From contig JBDGTS010000002.1 in the NCBI GenBank assembly GCA_042216675.1, positions 1-62,210 on the forward strand: DNA of 62,210 nucleotides, given 5' to 3'. A program made the position numbers and the translations under genes. Positions 46,074 to 56,114 of this stretch are shown in pieces; positions within the stretch are counted from its first letter, which is position 1, and each line of letters begins with the position of its first letter. Below the pieces are notes generated by a model. It was given only the letters and a program-made list of their open reading frames with translations, made no database searches and had not been told where the DNA came from. This stretch comes from Halobacteriaceae archaeon. Lineage in GTDB: Archaea > Halobacteriota > Halobacteria > Halobacteriales > Halobacteriaceae.

Positions 46074-46683
46074 CGGCGGCCCCCGTGAGCCGACAGCGCA
46101 CGTACGCCGCCATCTCCTCGCGGGCCGCCGCCACGCCCTCGCCGGTGCCACCGGTCACCCGTTGGGTCCGGGCGCCGTTGAGGACCACGAGGACGAAGTC
46201 GGCCACCCGTTCGGGGTCCACGTCGGCGAAGGCGCCGTCCTCGACGCCGGCCCGGACCACCTCGGCGATGTGGTTCCGGAAGAACGCGTCGCTCCGCGCG
46301 AAGTGGTCGCGGTAGGCCTCGTCGTGGGCCGCCTGTGCCCGGAGTTCGGCCATCGCGCGGGTGAAGCGCTCGCGGTCCTCGTCGAGTGTCGCCGCGAGGC
46401 CGTAGTCGAGGATGGCGTCGAGGTGGTCCGCGGGGTCCTCGATGGGCGGCGCGGGCACCTCCGCCTCGAAGCGGTCGAGCATCAGCGCCAGAAAGTCGAG
46501 GAGGAGGTCGTCTTTGCCGTCGTAGTGGTGGTAGAGAAGCGACTTGCTCTTCCCGAACTCGTCGCCGATGCGCTGAATCGTGAGGTCCGGGTAGCCGTGT
46601 TCACAGAGGGCGCGAAACGTGGCCTGCATGATCGCCTCCTGTGTGGTCTCCGGGTCGCCGTGGAGGAGGTCGTCCGGTGGCAT
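46066..46683 (-). CDS. TetR/AcrR regulator
   Basis: IMQATFRALCEHGY..LTIQRI...KSKSLLYHHY.GK. Confidence 0.92.
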   Translation of the reverse strand: MPPDDLLHGDPETTQEAIMQATFRALCEHGYPDLTIQRIGDEFGKSKSLLYHHYDGKDDLLLDFLALMLDRFEAEVPAPPIEDPADHLDAILDYGLAATLDEDRERFTRAMAELRAQAAHDEAYRDHFARSDAFFRNHIAEVVRAGVEDGAFADVDPERVADFVLVVLNGARTQRVTGGTGEGVAAAREEMAAYVRCRLTGAADE

Positions 46684-46685
46684 CG

Positions 46686-46705
46686 CTGACTGAACGTTCA
46701 TTCAG
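46686..46705. promoter_or_regulatory. putative TetR operator
   Basis: Near-perfect palindrome CTGACTGAACGTTCATTCAG just upstream of the tetR start. Confidence 0.65.
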
Positions 46706-46770
46706 AAATAAAGGACTTTCCACTCCGCTCGGCCGTAACGTTTTAAACGCAGAGATTGTGAATTGATGAC

Positions 46771-47550
46771 ATGGAGCAGCTGTCGTCGCCCCCGGCGGAC
46801 ACGGCCCCCGTCGACGAGGACATCTTGGTTCTCCACGTCGACGACGACGAGAGTTTTGCGGACTTGGCGACGACGTTTCTCGAACGCGAGGCCGACACGT
46901 TCGAGACGGTGACTGCCACGAGCGTCGACGACGGCCTCGACGTCATCGAGCGTCGAGACGTGGACTGTGTGGTGAGCGACTACGAGATGCCGCGCGCGGA
47001 CGGCATCGACTTCCTCGACACAGTGCGCGGGTCGTGGCCCGACCTCCCGTTCATCCTCTTCACAGGCGCGGGGAGCGAAGCAATCGCGGGCCGCGCCATC
47101 TCGCGGGGCGTCACCGACTACATCCAGAAGGGTGGCCGCGAGCAGTACACGCTCCTCGCCAACCGCATCGAGAACGCCGTCGCGGCCCACCGCGCACAGC
47201 GCCGGGTGTACGACGCCCACCTCGCCATCGAGACGGCCCGCGAGGGCATCGCCATCCTGAACGACGACGGCGAGTTCACCTACGTCAACCGCGAGTACGC
47301 CGACCTGTACGGCTACGACCCCGGCGAACTCGTCGGCGAACACTGGGAGACACTGTATCGCGAGGAAGACGTGGCCGAGGTCCACGAGGAAATCCTACCG
47401 ACGGTCGAGGAGCAGGGCATCTGGCGCGGCGAGACAGTCGGCGAGCGTGCGGACGGCGAGACGTTCGTCGAGGACCACTCGCTCGCCACCACGAAACACG
47501 GCGGCCTCGTCTGCGTGGTGCGACCGGCCCGGGAGTCACCCAATATGTAA
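46771..47550 (+). CDS. receiver + PAS domain protein
   Basis: LHVDDD, VSDYEMP..DG, FTG, YIQK; then PAS (YVNREYADLYGY). Confidence 0.88.
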   Translation: MEQLSSPPADTAPVDEDILVLHVDDDESFADLATTFLEREADTFETVTATSVDDGLDVIERRDVDCVVSDYEMPRADGIDFLDTVRGSWPDLPFILFTGAGSEAIAGRAISRGVTDYIQKGGREQYTLLANRIENAVAAHRAQRRVYDAHLAIETAREGIAILNDDGEFTYVNREYADLYGYDPGELVGEHWETLYREEDVAEVHEEILPTVEEQGIWRGETVGERADGETFVEDHSLATTKHGGLVCVVRPARESPNM

Positions 47551-47586
47551 GTCGGTTCCGGCGCGATTTCTAGGGGGTGACCGCGC

Positions 47587-48225
47587 ATGGAGTCCATGGA
47601 GGAGCGCGTTTCCGGCTTCCGTCTCCGGGGCTCGTGGACCGACGTCGTGGAGTTCGGAGAGCGCGTCACGGAGGCGTTCAGGGACGCCGGCGTCTCCGGC
47701 GAGGCGTTCGAGGAGTGGGAGTCGTGGCGCCCGAAGGCACACGAGCGACTCGGCGAGGAGATGCGGACGAAGACGGCCGAACAGGCCCGGACCGAGGCCG
47801 GCGCAGAGGAGTCGCCGGGCGCGGACCTCCAGCGCGCGGGCCAGAAACTGCGGGCCGCCTCCGAGGAACTCCGCGACGACGGCACCGAGGAGGCGGCCGA
47901 ACGCGCCGCCGAGTCCGTGGACTACGCCGCTCGGGCCGCCGACACCGCCGGCAGGGAGGCGCTCCGGGCGATGGAAAGCGCCGTCTACGAGAACGTGATG
48001 GTGCCCGTGACGCCACACTACTTCGACAACGACCTGGTGAGCGCGAACGTCCGGCGCACCCGCGAGGGCGACTACGTGTTCGAGGTCGACGTCAACGACG
48101 ACGACCTGAAAGACGAGGTGAGCGCCCGACTCGCCGAGTACGAGGACGTCGAGCGGTGGCACCTCACCGTCCAGACGGAGACGAGCGCCCACGAGAGGGC
48201 CGAGAAGGCCGAAACGGACGACTGA
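47587..48225 (+). CDS. DUF5828-like haloarchaeal protein
   Basis: MEERVSGF..RGSW..VVEFGE, WRPK, PHYFDNDLVSAN. Confidence 0.75.
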   Translation: MESMEERVSGFRLRGSWTDVVEFGERVTEAFRDAGVSGEAFEEWESWRPKAHERLGEEMRTKTAEQARTEAGAEESPGADLQRAGQKLRAASEELRDDGTEEAAERAAESVDYAARAADTAGREALRAMESAVYENVMVPVTPHYFDNDLVSANVRRTREGDYVFEVDVNDDDLKDEVSARLAEYEDVERWHLTVQTETSAHERAEKAETDD

Positions 48226-48226
48226 G

Positions 48227-48622
48227 TCAGTCGAGGCGCGCCCCGAACTCGCTGAGGTAGTCGAGACACCACGCCACGTCCGCCATCGTCGCGTCGCCGT
48301 CCCGGGAGATGGAGACGTTCACGCCGGATTTCCGCTCCTGCCCGTCGGCCCACGAGACGACCCACGCCTCCCCGAAGACGCGGACGACGGCCTCCAGTTC
48401 GCCCGCCTTGATTCCCCGTTCGGTTTCGGAGAGCCCCAACTGCGCGACGATGGTGTCGTCGGCGACGTTGCGCTTCTCTTCGAGAGTGTACGTCTCGCGC
48501 ACGTCGGGCCGCATCTTCGCCGCGTGGTCGGTCGGCGTGAACCGCATCACCGCCCGCAGGTCGTCACCGATCTGACTCGATACGTCCGTCCAGATCTCCT
48601 CCGCTGCGTCGGCCGCGTCCAT
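48227..48622 (-). CDS. hypothetical protein
   Basis: Acidic ORF, GDDLRAV...R.DVRETY. Confidence 0.6.
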   Translation of the reverse strand: MDAADAAEEIWTDVSSQIGDDLRAVMRFTPTDHAAKMRPDVRETYTLEEKRNVADDTIVAQLGLSETERGIKAGELEAVVRVFGEAWVVSWADGQERKSGVNVSISRDGDATMADVAWCLDYLSEFGARLD

Positions 48623-48743
48623 TCGGCTATAGAGCCTCCAACGAGCGATAGTTCTTGTGGTCTCCCGAACACGTCCGCTCGGCGTCCGTGGTATCACGAC
48701 TCGCGGAAGGGTTATGCCGGTGTCACGCCTACAATCGTTTGTA

Positions 48744-48938
48744 ATGGCAAACGGTACGGTTGATTTCTTCAACGACACAGGCGGCTACGGTTTCATCGAA
48801 ACTGAGGATGCGGACGACGACGTGTTCTTCCACATGGAAGACGTTGGCGGGCCGGACCTCGAAGAAGGACAGGAAGTGGAGTTCGACATCGAGCAGGCCC
48901 CCAAGGGCCCCCGCGCGACGAACCTCACCCGTAACTAA
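48744..48938 (+). CDS. cspA: cold-shock protein
   Basis: GTVDFFNDTGGYGFI, DVFFH, KGPRA. Confidence 0.95.
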   Translation: MANGTVDFFNDTGGYGFIETEDADDDVFFHMEDVGGPDLEEGQEVEFDIEQAPKGPRATNLTRN

Positions 48939-49010
48939 CGAATCGGTTCGTCGCCACACGGCGACGGTGACCGGATTTTTCACGACGCAACGCACGGAGC
49001 GGCGGGTCCG

Positions 49011-50009
49011 TCACCAGACGCCCTCGCGCCGGTCCATCCACGTCACGACGGCGACGTGGGGAAGCGTGAGGACGGCCACGAAGACGAGGTACAGCCCCAC
49101 GTACTCACCGGGGCGCGTCGGCGAGACGGGCACGAGAGCGGCGAACACGACCAGAAACAGGAGCGCCACCGCCGTCAGCGGCGCCGCGTCTCGCGTGAAC
49201 CCCGCGAGCGTCGCTCTCGCCGTCGTCGCGTCGCCGCCGACGACGGAGACACGGAGCACGTGGCGGAGCGAGTGCCAGACGCAGAAGTAGACGCCGATGG
49301 CGACGAGCGGCGACACCGTGGCGAAAAACAGCCACAGGAGCGCCGTCTCCCCCGCGTCGACGCGCCACGCTCGCGTCGCCCCGCCGCGTCGGTAGCCCCA
49401 CACGAGGACGAGCCCCGTCAGCGCGAGGAAGAGCGCTCCTGCGGCGAGTCGCGTCTCGGCCGCGAACAGCCACCACACGGTGAAGTCCACCCCGAACAGT
49501 CCGACCCACGTTTCGACGACGGCGCGGTAACGGCCCGGAAACGCGAGGAGCGGAACGAGCATCGGGAGGCCTCCGCGGACGACGCCCGTTGCCACCCGCA
49601 GCGGCCGCGAGCCGAGGTGACCCGCGCCGACGAACACCCGCAACGCGTGCACGTCGCCCTGCCCCCAGTGAAACCACGTCAGTCCGATGAACAGCGCCGC
49701 GGCAGGCCGCGGTGCGACGAGCCACAGCGCCGCGTAGGAACCGCCGAGAGCGGCGTAGAGGGCCCCGACGGCGGCCATCGACGCGCCGAGCGAGAGCCTC
49801 CCGAGGCGCGCCGGGACGAGGTAGTCGACGGCGCCGTGCGGGAGGCCGAAGACGACGACGCTCGCCGCGAGCGGTGCGTAGGCGAGCGCCGACGGGACCG
49901 AGAGGCCGTCGAACGACGCCAGCGCCGACCCGACGAGGACCAGCGCACACGCCGCCCAGCCCGGACGTGCGGCGAGTCTGTCGTACAGCGCGGCGTCGCT
50001 CACGCCCAT
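49011..50009 (-). CDS. brp: beta-carotene 15,15'-dioxygenase Brp/Blh
   Basis: GLPHGAVD, HWGQGD, YFCVWHSLRH, LTLPH. Confidence 0.92.
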   Translation of the reverse strand: MGVSDAALYDRLAARPGWAACALVLVGSALASFDGLSVPSALAYAPLAASVVVFGLPHGAVDYLVPARLGRLSLGASMAAVGALYAALGGSYAALWLVAPRPAAALFIGLTWFHWGQGDVHALRVFVGAGHLGSRPLRVATGVVRGGLPMLVPLLAFPGRYRAVVETWVGLFGVDFTVWWLFAAETRLAAGALFLALTGLVLVWGYRRGGATRAWRVDAGETALLWLFFATVSPLVAIGVYFCVWHSLRHVLRVSVVGGDATTARATLAGFTRDAAPLTAVALLFLVVFAALVPVSPTRPGEYVGLYLVFVAVLTLPHVAVVTWMDRREGVW

Positions 50010-50797
50010 CGGTCGGTCACCCACCGGAACAGCACCAATCCCTGCACGACGAACAGCGTCGTGACGAGGAAGAACAGCGCCTCCTCGACTGGAAGCCCGA
50101 ACAGCGTGTCCCCCGTCGTGTAGCGCGGTGAGACGTACCAGATGCCCGCGTCGAGCGCGATGCGGTCGGCGCCCCAGAGATACAGCGTCGGCGCCGCGAC
50201 GCCGAGCGCGACGGCCCGGCGCTGGTACCACAGTTGGGGCGCGCCGACGGCCCACTGCAGGACGAGGACCGGTGCGGCCCACGCGAGGACGGCGCCGAGG
50301 TAGAACGTGGCGGGCGACGCCAACAGCGTCCAGCCGACGAGGCCGACGCCCACGCCCGCCCCGGCGCTCGCCAGCCGGGGCGCCACTGACAGCGCGTCGA
50401 GGTCAGCGACCCGTTCCCCGTCGGGTCCCCGCCGGGCGAGTTCGGGTTCGGGCCAGCCACGCCGGAGCGGCACGTGGCCGAGCCACAGCGCCGTCAACAG
50501 CGGCTGGAGGACGAAGAACGCGTACTCCCCGACGGGTGCGAGGCCGAACCGGGCGAGGACCCGCCCCTCTCCGTACCCCCACACGCCGCGGGCGATGAGG
50601 TAGTTGTCCCACGGCGTCGTGTAGAGGACGGCCACGACGGTGACCGCGGCCACGCCGTACCAGTACGGCGTCGCACCGCCCGTCCACACCGTCGAGCGCT
50701 CCATCCGTGGGCGGAACACCGCCGCCGTCGCGACGAGGACTGCCACGACGGGGACGAGCAACGCGACGTGGAACTGGACGTACGTCGGCCCGCTCAT
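50000..50797 (-). CDS. crtY: lycopene beta-cyclase (membrane CrtYc/d-type)
   Basis: YTTPWDNYLI, PVGEYAFF, LPVEEALFF. Confidence 0.9.
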   Translation of the reverse strand: MSGPTYVQFHVALLVPVVAVLVATAAVFRPRMERSTVWTGGATPYWYGVAAVTVVAVLYTTPWDNYLIARGVWGYGEGRVLARFGLAPVGEYAFFVLQPLLTALWLGHVPLRRGWPEPELARRGPDGERVADLDALSVAPRLASAGAGVGVGLVGWTLLASPATFYLGAVLAWAAPVLVLQWAVGAPQLWYQRRAVALGVAAPTLYLWGADRIALDAGIWYVSPRYTTGDTLFGLPVEEALFFLVTTLFVVQGLVLFRWVTDRWA

Positions 50798-50908
50798 GGC
50801 GGTGCCGTTGCGTGACCGGCGGCTTCTGCCCTGACGACCATCGGCCGGAGGTGCGACGCCGGGGCACAAAACTGTCCCCCTCGTGGTCGACGCTTGGACC
50901 CCTTCCCC

Positions 50909-51490
50909 TCACACGTCCTCGCGATGGTACGTTCCCTTGTAGCCGAGACGGCGGCCGAGTGGCGCGAGCGCCAACGCAAGCAGTCGCTGGACGCTGGCCG
51001 GGACGCCCGCCAGATACGCGCTGGCGTCGGGGTACTCGTCGAACAGCACCAGCAGTTGGAGCCACTTCGGCGTCCCCTCCGCGTCGGCGTGGCCGACCTG
51101 AGCGAGGGCGTACACGCTCTCCGCCCACTCTTCGGTGCGGTAGGGCGGCGAGCGCTCCCAGATGACGCGGGCGGGGTCGCCCGTCGCGTTCCAGTGGCGG
51201 TGGGCGGTGTTCTTCGGGATTGTGGCCTCCTCGCCCACCCGGAGCGTCTCCGCCGCGCCGTCTACTCGGACCTCGATTTCGCCGGCCACAACCTCGATTC
51301 GCTCCGTCTGGTCCGGATGGACGTGTGCGCCGGCGAAGTCGATTCCCCACCGCTCGTGGGGCAGTTCGGTCGCGTTCGCCGCGTCGCGCGCGGGGTGGAC
51401 CGTGCTCTCGAAGCGAACGAACTCCCCGCCCGTCTCCGCGGCGCTCTGCCGCACGACGTGCGGGTTCACCGACGCCAAGTCGTCGGTCAT
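50909..51490 (-). CDS. cupin-domain protein
   Basis: HVHPDQTE..EV..G, IPKNTAHRHWN. Confidence 0.85.
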   Translation of the reverse strand: MTDDLASVNPHVVRQSAAETGGEFVRFESTVHPARDAANATELPHERWGIDFAGAHVHPDQTERIEVVAGEIEVRVDGAAETLRVGEEATIPKNTAHRHWNATGDPARVIWERSPPYRTEEWAESVYALAQVGHADAEGTPKWLQLLVLFDEYPDASAYLAGVPASVQRLLALALAPLGRRLGYKGTYHREDV

Positions 51491-51584
51491 AGCCAACCGT
51501 ACGGCCGGCGTGACCTTAGTGGTGGGGCGGTCGGAACCGCGTGCCAGCCGAAACCCCTTGTACCGCCGCGCGCAAGCGGGACGT

Positions 51585-52064
51585 ATGAGCGAGTACGAAC
51601 TCGACGACGTGGACCGCGAAATCCTCTACGCCCTGCAGGAGGACGCCCGGAACCTCTCGTCCGCGGAGATAGCCGACCGGACGGACGCCTCCTCCAGCAC
51701 CGTCCGCAAGCGAATCCAGCGCCTCGAAACCGAGGGCATCATCAAGGGGTACAGCGCCGACGTGGACTATCAGGCGTCGGGCTATCCGCTCCGGATGCTC
51801 CTGTTCTGTTCGGCGCCGATTCCGGAGCGCGGTGAACTCATCGACGACATCCTCGCCATCTCGGGCGTCGTGTCGGTCCAAGAGTTGGTCACCGGCGAGC
51901 GGAATCTACTCGTCACCGCTATCGGAGAGTCGGACGACGACATCACGCCCGTCGCGAAGGAACTCCTCGACATGGGACTCACCGTCGCGGACGAAGTGCT
52001 CGTCCGAAGCCACAAGACGACGCCCTTCGACGATTTCTCCTCGCGAGCGACGGACGCCGAGTAG
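51585..52064 (+). CDS. Lrp/AsnC regulator
   Basis: LDDVDREILYALQEDAR, STVRKRIQRLE.EGIIKGY. Confidence 0.92.
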   Translation: MSEYELDDVDREILYALQEDARNLSSAEIADRTDASSSTVRKRIQRLETEGIIKGYSADVDYQASGYPLRMLLFCSAPIPERGELIDDILAISGVVSVQELVTGERNLLVTAIGESDDDITPVAKELLDMGLTVADEVLVRSHKTTPFDDFSSRATDAE

Positions 52065-52117
52065 GCCCGCGAGCGCTGTTCTCGCCGTTCGCACCCTCGC
52101 TCCCCTATCCTTCATGA

Positions 52118-52164
52118 TTTACCATACTGTTCCTAGAACCGGGTTTAGAGAACAATTTGGTAAA
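52118..52164. promoter_or_regulatory. AT-rich imperfect palindrome upstream of dabB
   Basis: TTTACCA..TGTTC....AACC-G-GGTT....GAACA..TGGTAAA (17/23 arm matches). Confidence 0.45.
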
Positions 52165-52270
52165 ATCGGAGAATATAACAACCAGTCTGTTCTTATACTG
52201 GGATAGATTCGGTCAGCACGGCGGACCGCGTCCGGTCCGGCGCGCCGCGTTGGCCGGTTGGAGACGACCG

Positions 52271-53755
52271 ATGTCCGAGAACACCCACCCGAACGGCCGC
52301 GTACAGCTCCCTGAGACGACGCCAGCGTCCTCAGTGGTGCCGCGAGCCGCGACGGTCGGAGTGTGGGCGCTGTTCCTGCTCAGCCTGACCGTCCTCGCGC
52401 TCTCGGCCGTGCGCGGCGCGGACTGGCGGCTCCCGGGTCTCGTCGTCGTAGACGGACTGACGGCCGTCATGTGGGTCGTCGTCACGTTTTTCAGTGGCAT
52501 CGTCCACTCCTACTCCCGCCGCTACATGGCCGGCGACGCGCGTCTCGACCAGTTCTTCGGTCGCATCTTCGCGTTCACGCTCGTGGTGATGGTCGTGACG
52601 GCGGCTGACCACGTGGCGCTGTTCGCGGCGGCGTGGCTCGGCATGGGACTGACGATGGCTTCGCTCATCGGCCACGTTCGTGGCTGGGAGCAGGCACAGG
52701 CCGCGGCCGCCCTCGCGCGTCGCTACTTCCTCGCGAGCAGCGGACTGCTCGCCGTGAGTCTGGCCCTGCTGGCGTGGGGAGCCAAAACGACCTCGATTAT
52801 CGGCATCCTCGCGCAGGCCGGGTCGCTTCCGCAGACGCTCTCGACGCTCGCCGTCGGTGGACTTCTGCTCGCGGCTCTCGTCCAGTCGGCGCTGTTCCCG
52901 TTCCAGAACTGGCTCCTTTCCTCGATGACGGCGCCCACGCCGGCGTCCGCGCTGATGCACGCCGGGTTCGTCAACGCGGGCGGCATCCTGCTCACCCGCT
53001 TCGCACCGCTCGTCGCGGACGACGCGACGGTGCTGGCGCTCCTCGTCGTCGCCGGCGCGGTGAGCGCCCTCCTCGGACAGGCGCTGTTGCTCGTCCAGAC
53101 GGACGTGAAGCGCACGCTCGGGGCCTCCACGATGGCCCAGATGGGGTTCATGATACTGCAGTGCGGGCTGGGCTTCTTCAGCGCCGCCATCACGCACCTC
53201 ATCCTGCACGGCTTCTACAAGGCGTATCTGTTCCTCTCCTCGGGGGCCACGGTGGAGCAGACGGCGCCCTCGGACAAGTCCCGCGACGGCCTCGGCCTGC
53301 CGGGGCTCGCGGTCAGTCTCGCGGCCGCGCTCGCCGGCGGCGCGCTCTTCGTCGCCATCACCGGCAAGGGGGCCAAGCTGAACTCGGGCGCGTTCCTCGC
53401 CCTCGTCGTCGTGCTGACGACGCTCCACGCGGCGCGCGACGTGCTCCGGCAGTCCACGCTCTCGCCGACGCTCAAACTCGTCAGCATTCCGTTCGTCGTC
53501 GCTATCCCCATCGGCGTCTACGGGCTGCTGTTCGAGGGCATCTCGGCCCTGCTGGCGGACGTGCCGATGGCCACCGCGCCGACGGACCTCACGGCTGTCC
53601 ACGTCGGCGTCGGCGCGCTGTTCGTCGCCGCGTACGTGGCCGTGGACCTCGGCTGGCACCGCGCCAGCAAGCGCCTCTACGTCGCCCTGCTGAACCTCTC
53701 ACAGCCCGCTCCCGACACCGTGTTGACCACCACGGAGGACTACAATGACGCATAA
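52271..53755 (+). CDS. dabB: DabB/MpsA NuoL-like membrane subunit of an inorganic carbon transporter
   Basis: WLLSSMTAPTPASALMHAGFVNAGG, HLILHGFYKAYLFL; overlaps the DUF2309 gene. Confidence 0.88.
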   Translation: MSENTHPNGRVQLPETTPASSVVPRAATVGVWALFLLSLTVLALSAVRGADWRLPGLVVVDGLTAVMWVVVTFFSGIVHSYSRRYMAGDARLDQFFGRIFAFTLVVMVVTAADHVALFAAAWLGMGLTMASLIGHVRGWEQAQAAAALARRYFLASSGLLAVSLALLAWGAKTTSIIGILAQAGSLPQTLSTLAVGGLLLAALVQSALFPFQNWLLSSMTAPTPASALMHAGFVNAGGILLTRFAPLVADDATVLALLVVAGAVSALLGQALLLVQTDVKRTLGASTMAQMGFMILQCGLGFFSAAITHLILHGFYKAYLFLSSGATVEQTAPSDKSRDGLGLPGLAVSLAAALAGGALFVAITGKGAKLNSGAFLALVVVLTTLHAARDVLRQSTLSPTLKLVSIPFVVAIPIGVYGLLFEGISALLADVPMATAPTDLTAVHVGVGALFVAAYVAVDLGWHRASKRLYVALLNLSQPAPDTVLTTTEDYNDA

Positions 53756-56108
53756 GGACACCGACATCGAGCAACGCATCGACGACGCGGCGGAGCGCAT
53801 CGGCTCGGTCTGGCCGCTGCACTCGTTCGTCACGGCCAACCCGCTGTCCGGCTTCGAGGACCGACCGTTCCACGAGGCCGTCGCCGAGGCCGAACAGCTG
53901 TTCGGCGGCCGCGGCTACCCCCACCCCTCGGTCTTCAGGCAGGCGTGGGAGCGCGGCCAGATCGACGACGAGATACTGCACGCCGAACTGGACGCCAACG
54001 GCGTCGACGCTGACCCGGAGACGCTGTTAGACGAGATGGCCGCGACGGAATCGGACGACGCGGACCCCGACGCCGACTCGGCGACCGCCGAACTCGACCG
54101 CGTCCTCTCGAAGTGGCTCGCCGCGTTCCTCGACCACGGTACCGCCGCGTGGCCGATGCCCGACCGCGAGGACGGCTTCTACGCCGCGTGGCGCGCGGTG
54201 GCGCCCCACGACGGCGACGTCCCCGGCTGTGACAGCACCGCCGACGTCCCCGAACGCCCCGAGAACGCGATTGAGACGGTGCTCGCGGAGTATCCGCGTT
54301 CGGAGTGGGGCGACGTCTTCGAACACCACCTCGCCGCGCTCCCCGGCTGGACCGGTTTCATCAAGCAGCGCACCGAGAACGCCGACGAGTGGCAGTCGGC
54401 GTCACCGATTTCGCTCACCGACTACCTCGCCGTGCGCCTCGTCCTCGCGGAGTTCCTCGACGCGCCCATCGAACCGGACGCCGACGACGCCGCCCCCGAC
54501 GACGAGGTGCCGCTTCCCGAACTCTGGCTGTCGGCGTGGGAGAAGAGCCACCGCGCCCGCCTCGTCGGGCAGTTGGCGGACCCGAGCGAGGCCACGGACA
54601 CCGGGCGCCCCGACGCGCAACTGGTGTTCTGCATCGACACGCGTTCGGAGGTCATCCGGCGTCACGTCGAGACCGTCGGCGACTACGAGACGCACGGCTA
54701 CGCGGGCTTTTTCGGCGTCCCGATGCGCCATCAGGCCTACGACGCCGAGGTGGCCGTCGACGCCTGCCCGCCCATCGTCGACCCCGAGCACCGCATCAGG
54801 GACCGCCCGACAGAGGACGACGCGCGCGAGCGTTACGACCGCTGGACGGGCGTCCTGAAGACGGGAAAGACGCTCCTCAAGGACCTGAAGACGAACGCGG
54901 CGACGGCGTTCAGCCTCGTCGAGAGCACTGGCGCCGGATACGGGGCGGCGCTCGCCGCCCGGACGCTTTTGCCCGGCCGCGTCTCGAACCTGCTCGACAC
55001 CCCCGACGAACACGAGTTCGTCGGGCCGTCGGTGGACTACAACCCCGACTCCGTGCACGCCCTCCGCGAGGGACTCACGCACGCCGAGAAGGTCGAGTAC
55101 GCACAGACGGCCTTCGAACTGATGGGCTGGGAGGAGTTCGCCCGCCTCGTCGTGTTCACCGGGCACGCCAGCGAGACGACGAACAACCCGTTCGATTCGA
55201 GTCTCGACTGCGGCGCCTGCGCCGGCAACCCCGGCGGACCGAACGCCCGCGTCCTCGCGGCCATCTGCAACGACGACGACGTGCAGGCCGACCTCCGCGA
55301 ACGCGGCTTCGACGTGCCCGAGGACACGGTGTTCCTCGCGGCCGAACACAACACGACGACCGACGAAATCACGCTGTTCGACGGCGACGTGCCCGCGAGC
55401 CACGAGGCGGACGTCGAGCAGTTGCGCGCGGACCTCGGGACGGCACAGGAGCGTGCGACGGCCGAGCGCACGAACGGCGTCAGCGAGGCCGAACGCCGGG
55501 CCGGCGACTGGGCGGAGACGCGCCCCGAGTGGGGACTCGCCGGCAACGCTTCGTTCGTCGTCGGGCCGCGCGAACTGACCGACGGCGAGCACCTCGACGG
55601 GCGCACGTTCCTCCACTCCTACGACTGGACCACCGACCCCGACGGCGATGCACTGGAGGCAATCATGACCGGGCCGCTCGTCGTCACCCAGTGGATAAAC
55701 AGCCAGTACTACTTCGCCACCGTCGACAACGCCGTCTACGGAAGCGGCTCCAAGGTGACCCACAATCCGGTCGGCAACGTCGGCGTGTATCAGGGCAACG
55801 GCGGCGACCTCATGACCGGACTTCCCCTCCAGTCGCTGTACGCCGACGCCGACACCCCGCACCACCAGCCGCTGCGCCTGACGGCAGTCATCCACGCCCC
55901 GGTCGAACAGGTCACCGAGATTCTCCGTGACAACGAACAGCTCGCCCAGCTTCTCGACAACGGTTGGCTCCGCCTGACGGTCCTCGACCCCGAACAGGAC
56001 GGCGCGCCGGTTCACTATCAGGGCGACTTCGAGTGGGAGTCGCCGCAGGCCGAGCGGACCCCGGTGAAACAGCCGGCGCCAGTCGCGTCCGGTGGCGCGG
56101 CCGACTGA
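53745..56108 (+). CDS. dabA: DabA/MpsB (DUF2309) beta-carbonic-anhydrase-like subunit
   Basis: WPLHSFVTANPL, FCIDTRSE, GH, LDCGACAG, RPEWGLAGN, GSGSK..HN. Confidence 0.92.
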   Translation: MTHKDTDIEQRIDDAAERIGSVWPLHSFVTANPLSGFEDRPFHEAVAEAEQLFGGRGYPHPSVFRQAWERGQIDDEILHAELDANGVDADPETLLDEMAATESDDADPDADSATAELDRVLSKWLAAFLDHGTAAWPMPDREDGFYAAWRAVAPHDGDVPGCDSTADVPERPENAIETVLAEYPRSEWGDVFEHHLAALPGWTGFIKQRTENADEWQSASPISLTDYLAVRLVLAEFLDAPIEPDADDAAPDDEVPLPELWLSAWEKSHRARLVGQLADPSEATDTGRPDAQLVFCIDTRSEVIRRHVETVGDYETHGYAGFFGVPMRHQAYDAEVAVDACPPIVDPEHRIRDRPTEDDARERYDRWTGVLKTGKTLLKDLKTNAATAFSLVESTGAGYGAALAARTLLPGRVSNLLDTPDEHEFVGPSVDYNPDSVHALREGLTHAEKVEYAQTAFELMGWEEFARLVVFTGHASETTNNPFDSSLDCGACAGNPGGPNARVLAAICNDDDVQADLRERGFDVPEDTVFLAAEHNTTTDEITLFDGDVPASHEADVEQLRADLGTAQERATAERTNGVSEAERRAGDWAETRPEWGLAGNASFVVGPRELTDGEHLDGRTFLHSYDWTTDPDGDALEAIMTGPLVVTQWINSQYYFATVDNAVYGSGSKVTHNPVGNVGVYQGNGGDLMTGLPLQSLYADADTPHHQPLRLTAVIHAPVEQVTEILRDNEQLAQLLDNGWLRLTVLDPEQDGAPVHYQGDFEWESPQAERTPVKQPAPVASGGAAD

Positions 56109-56114
56109 GCGCCC

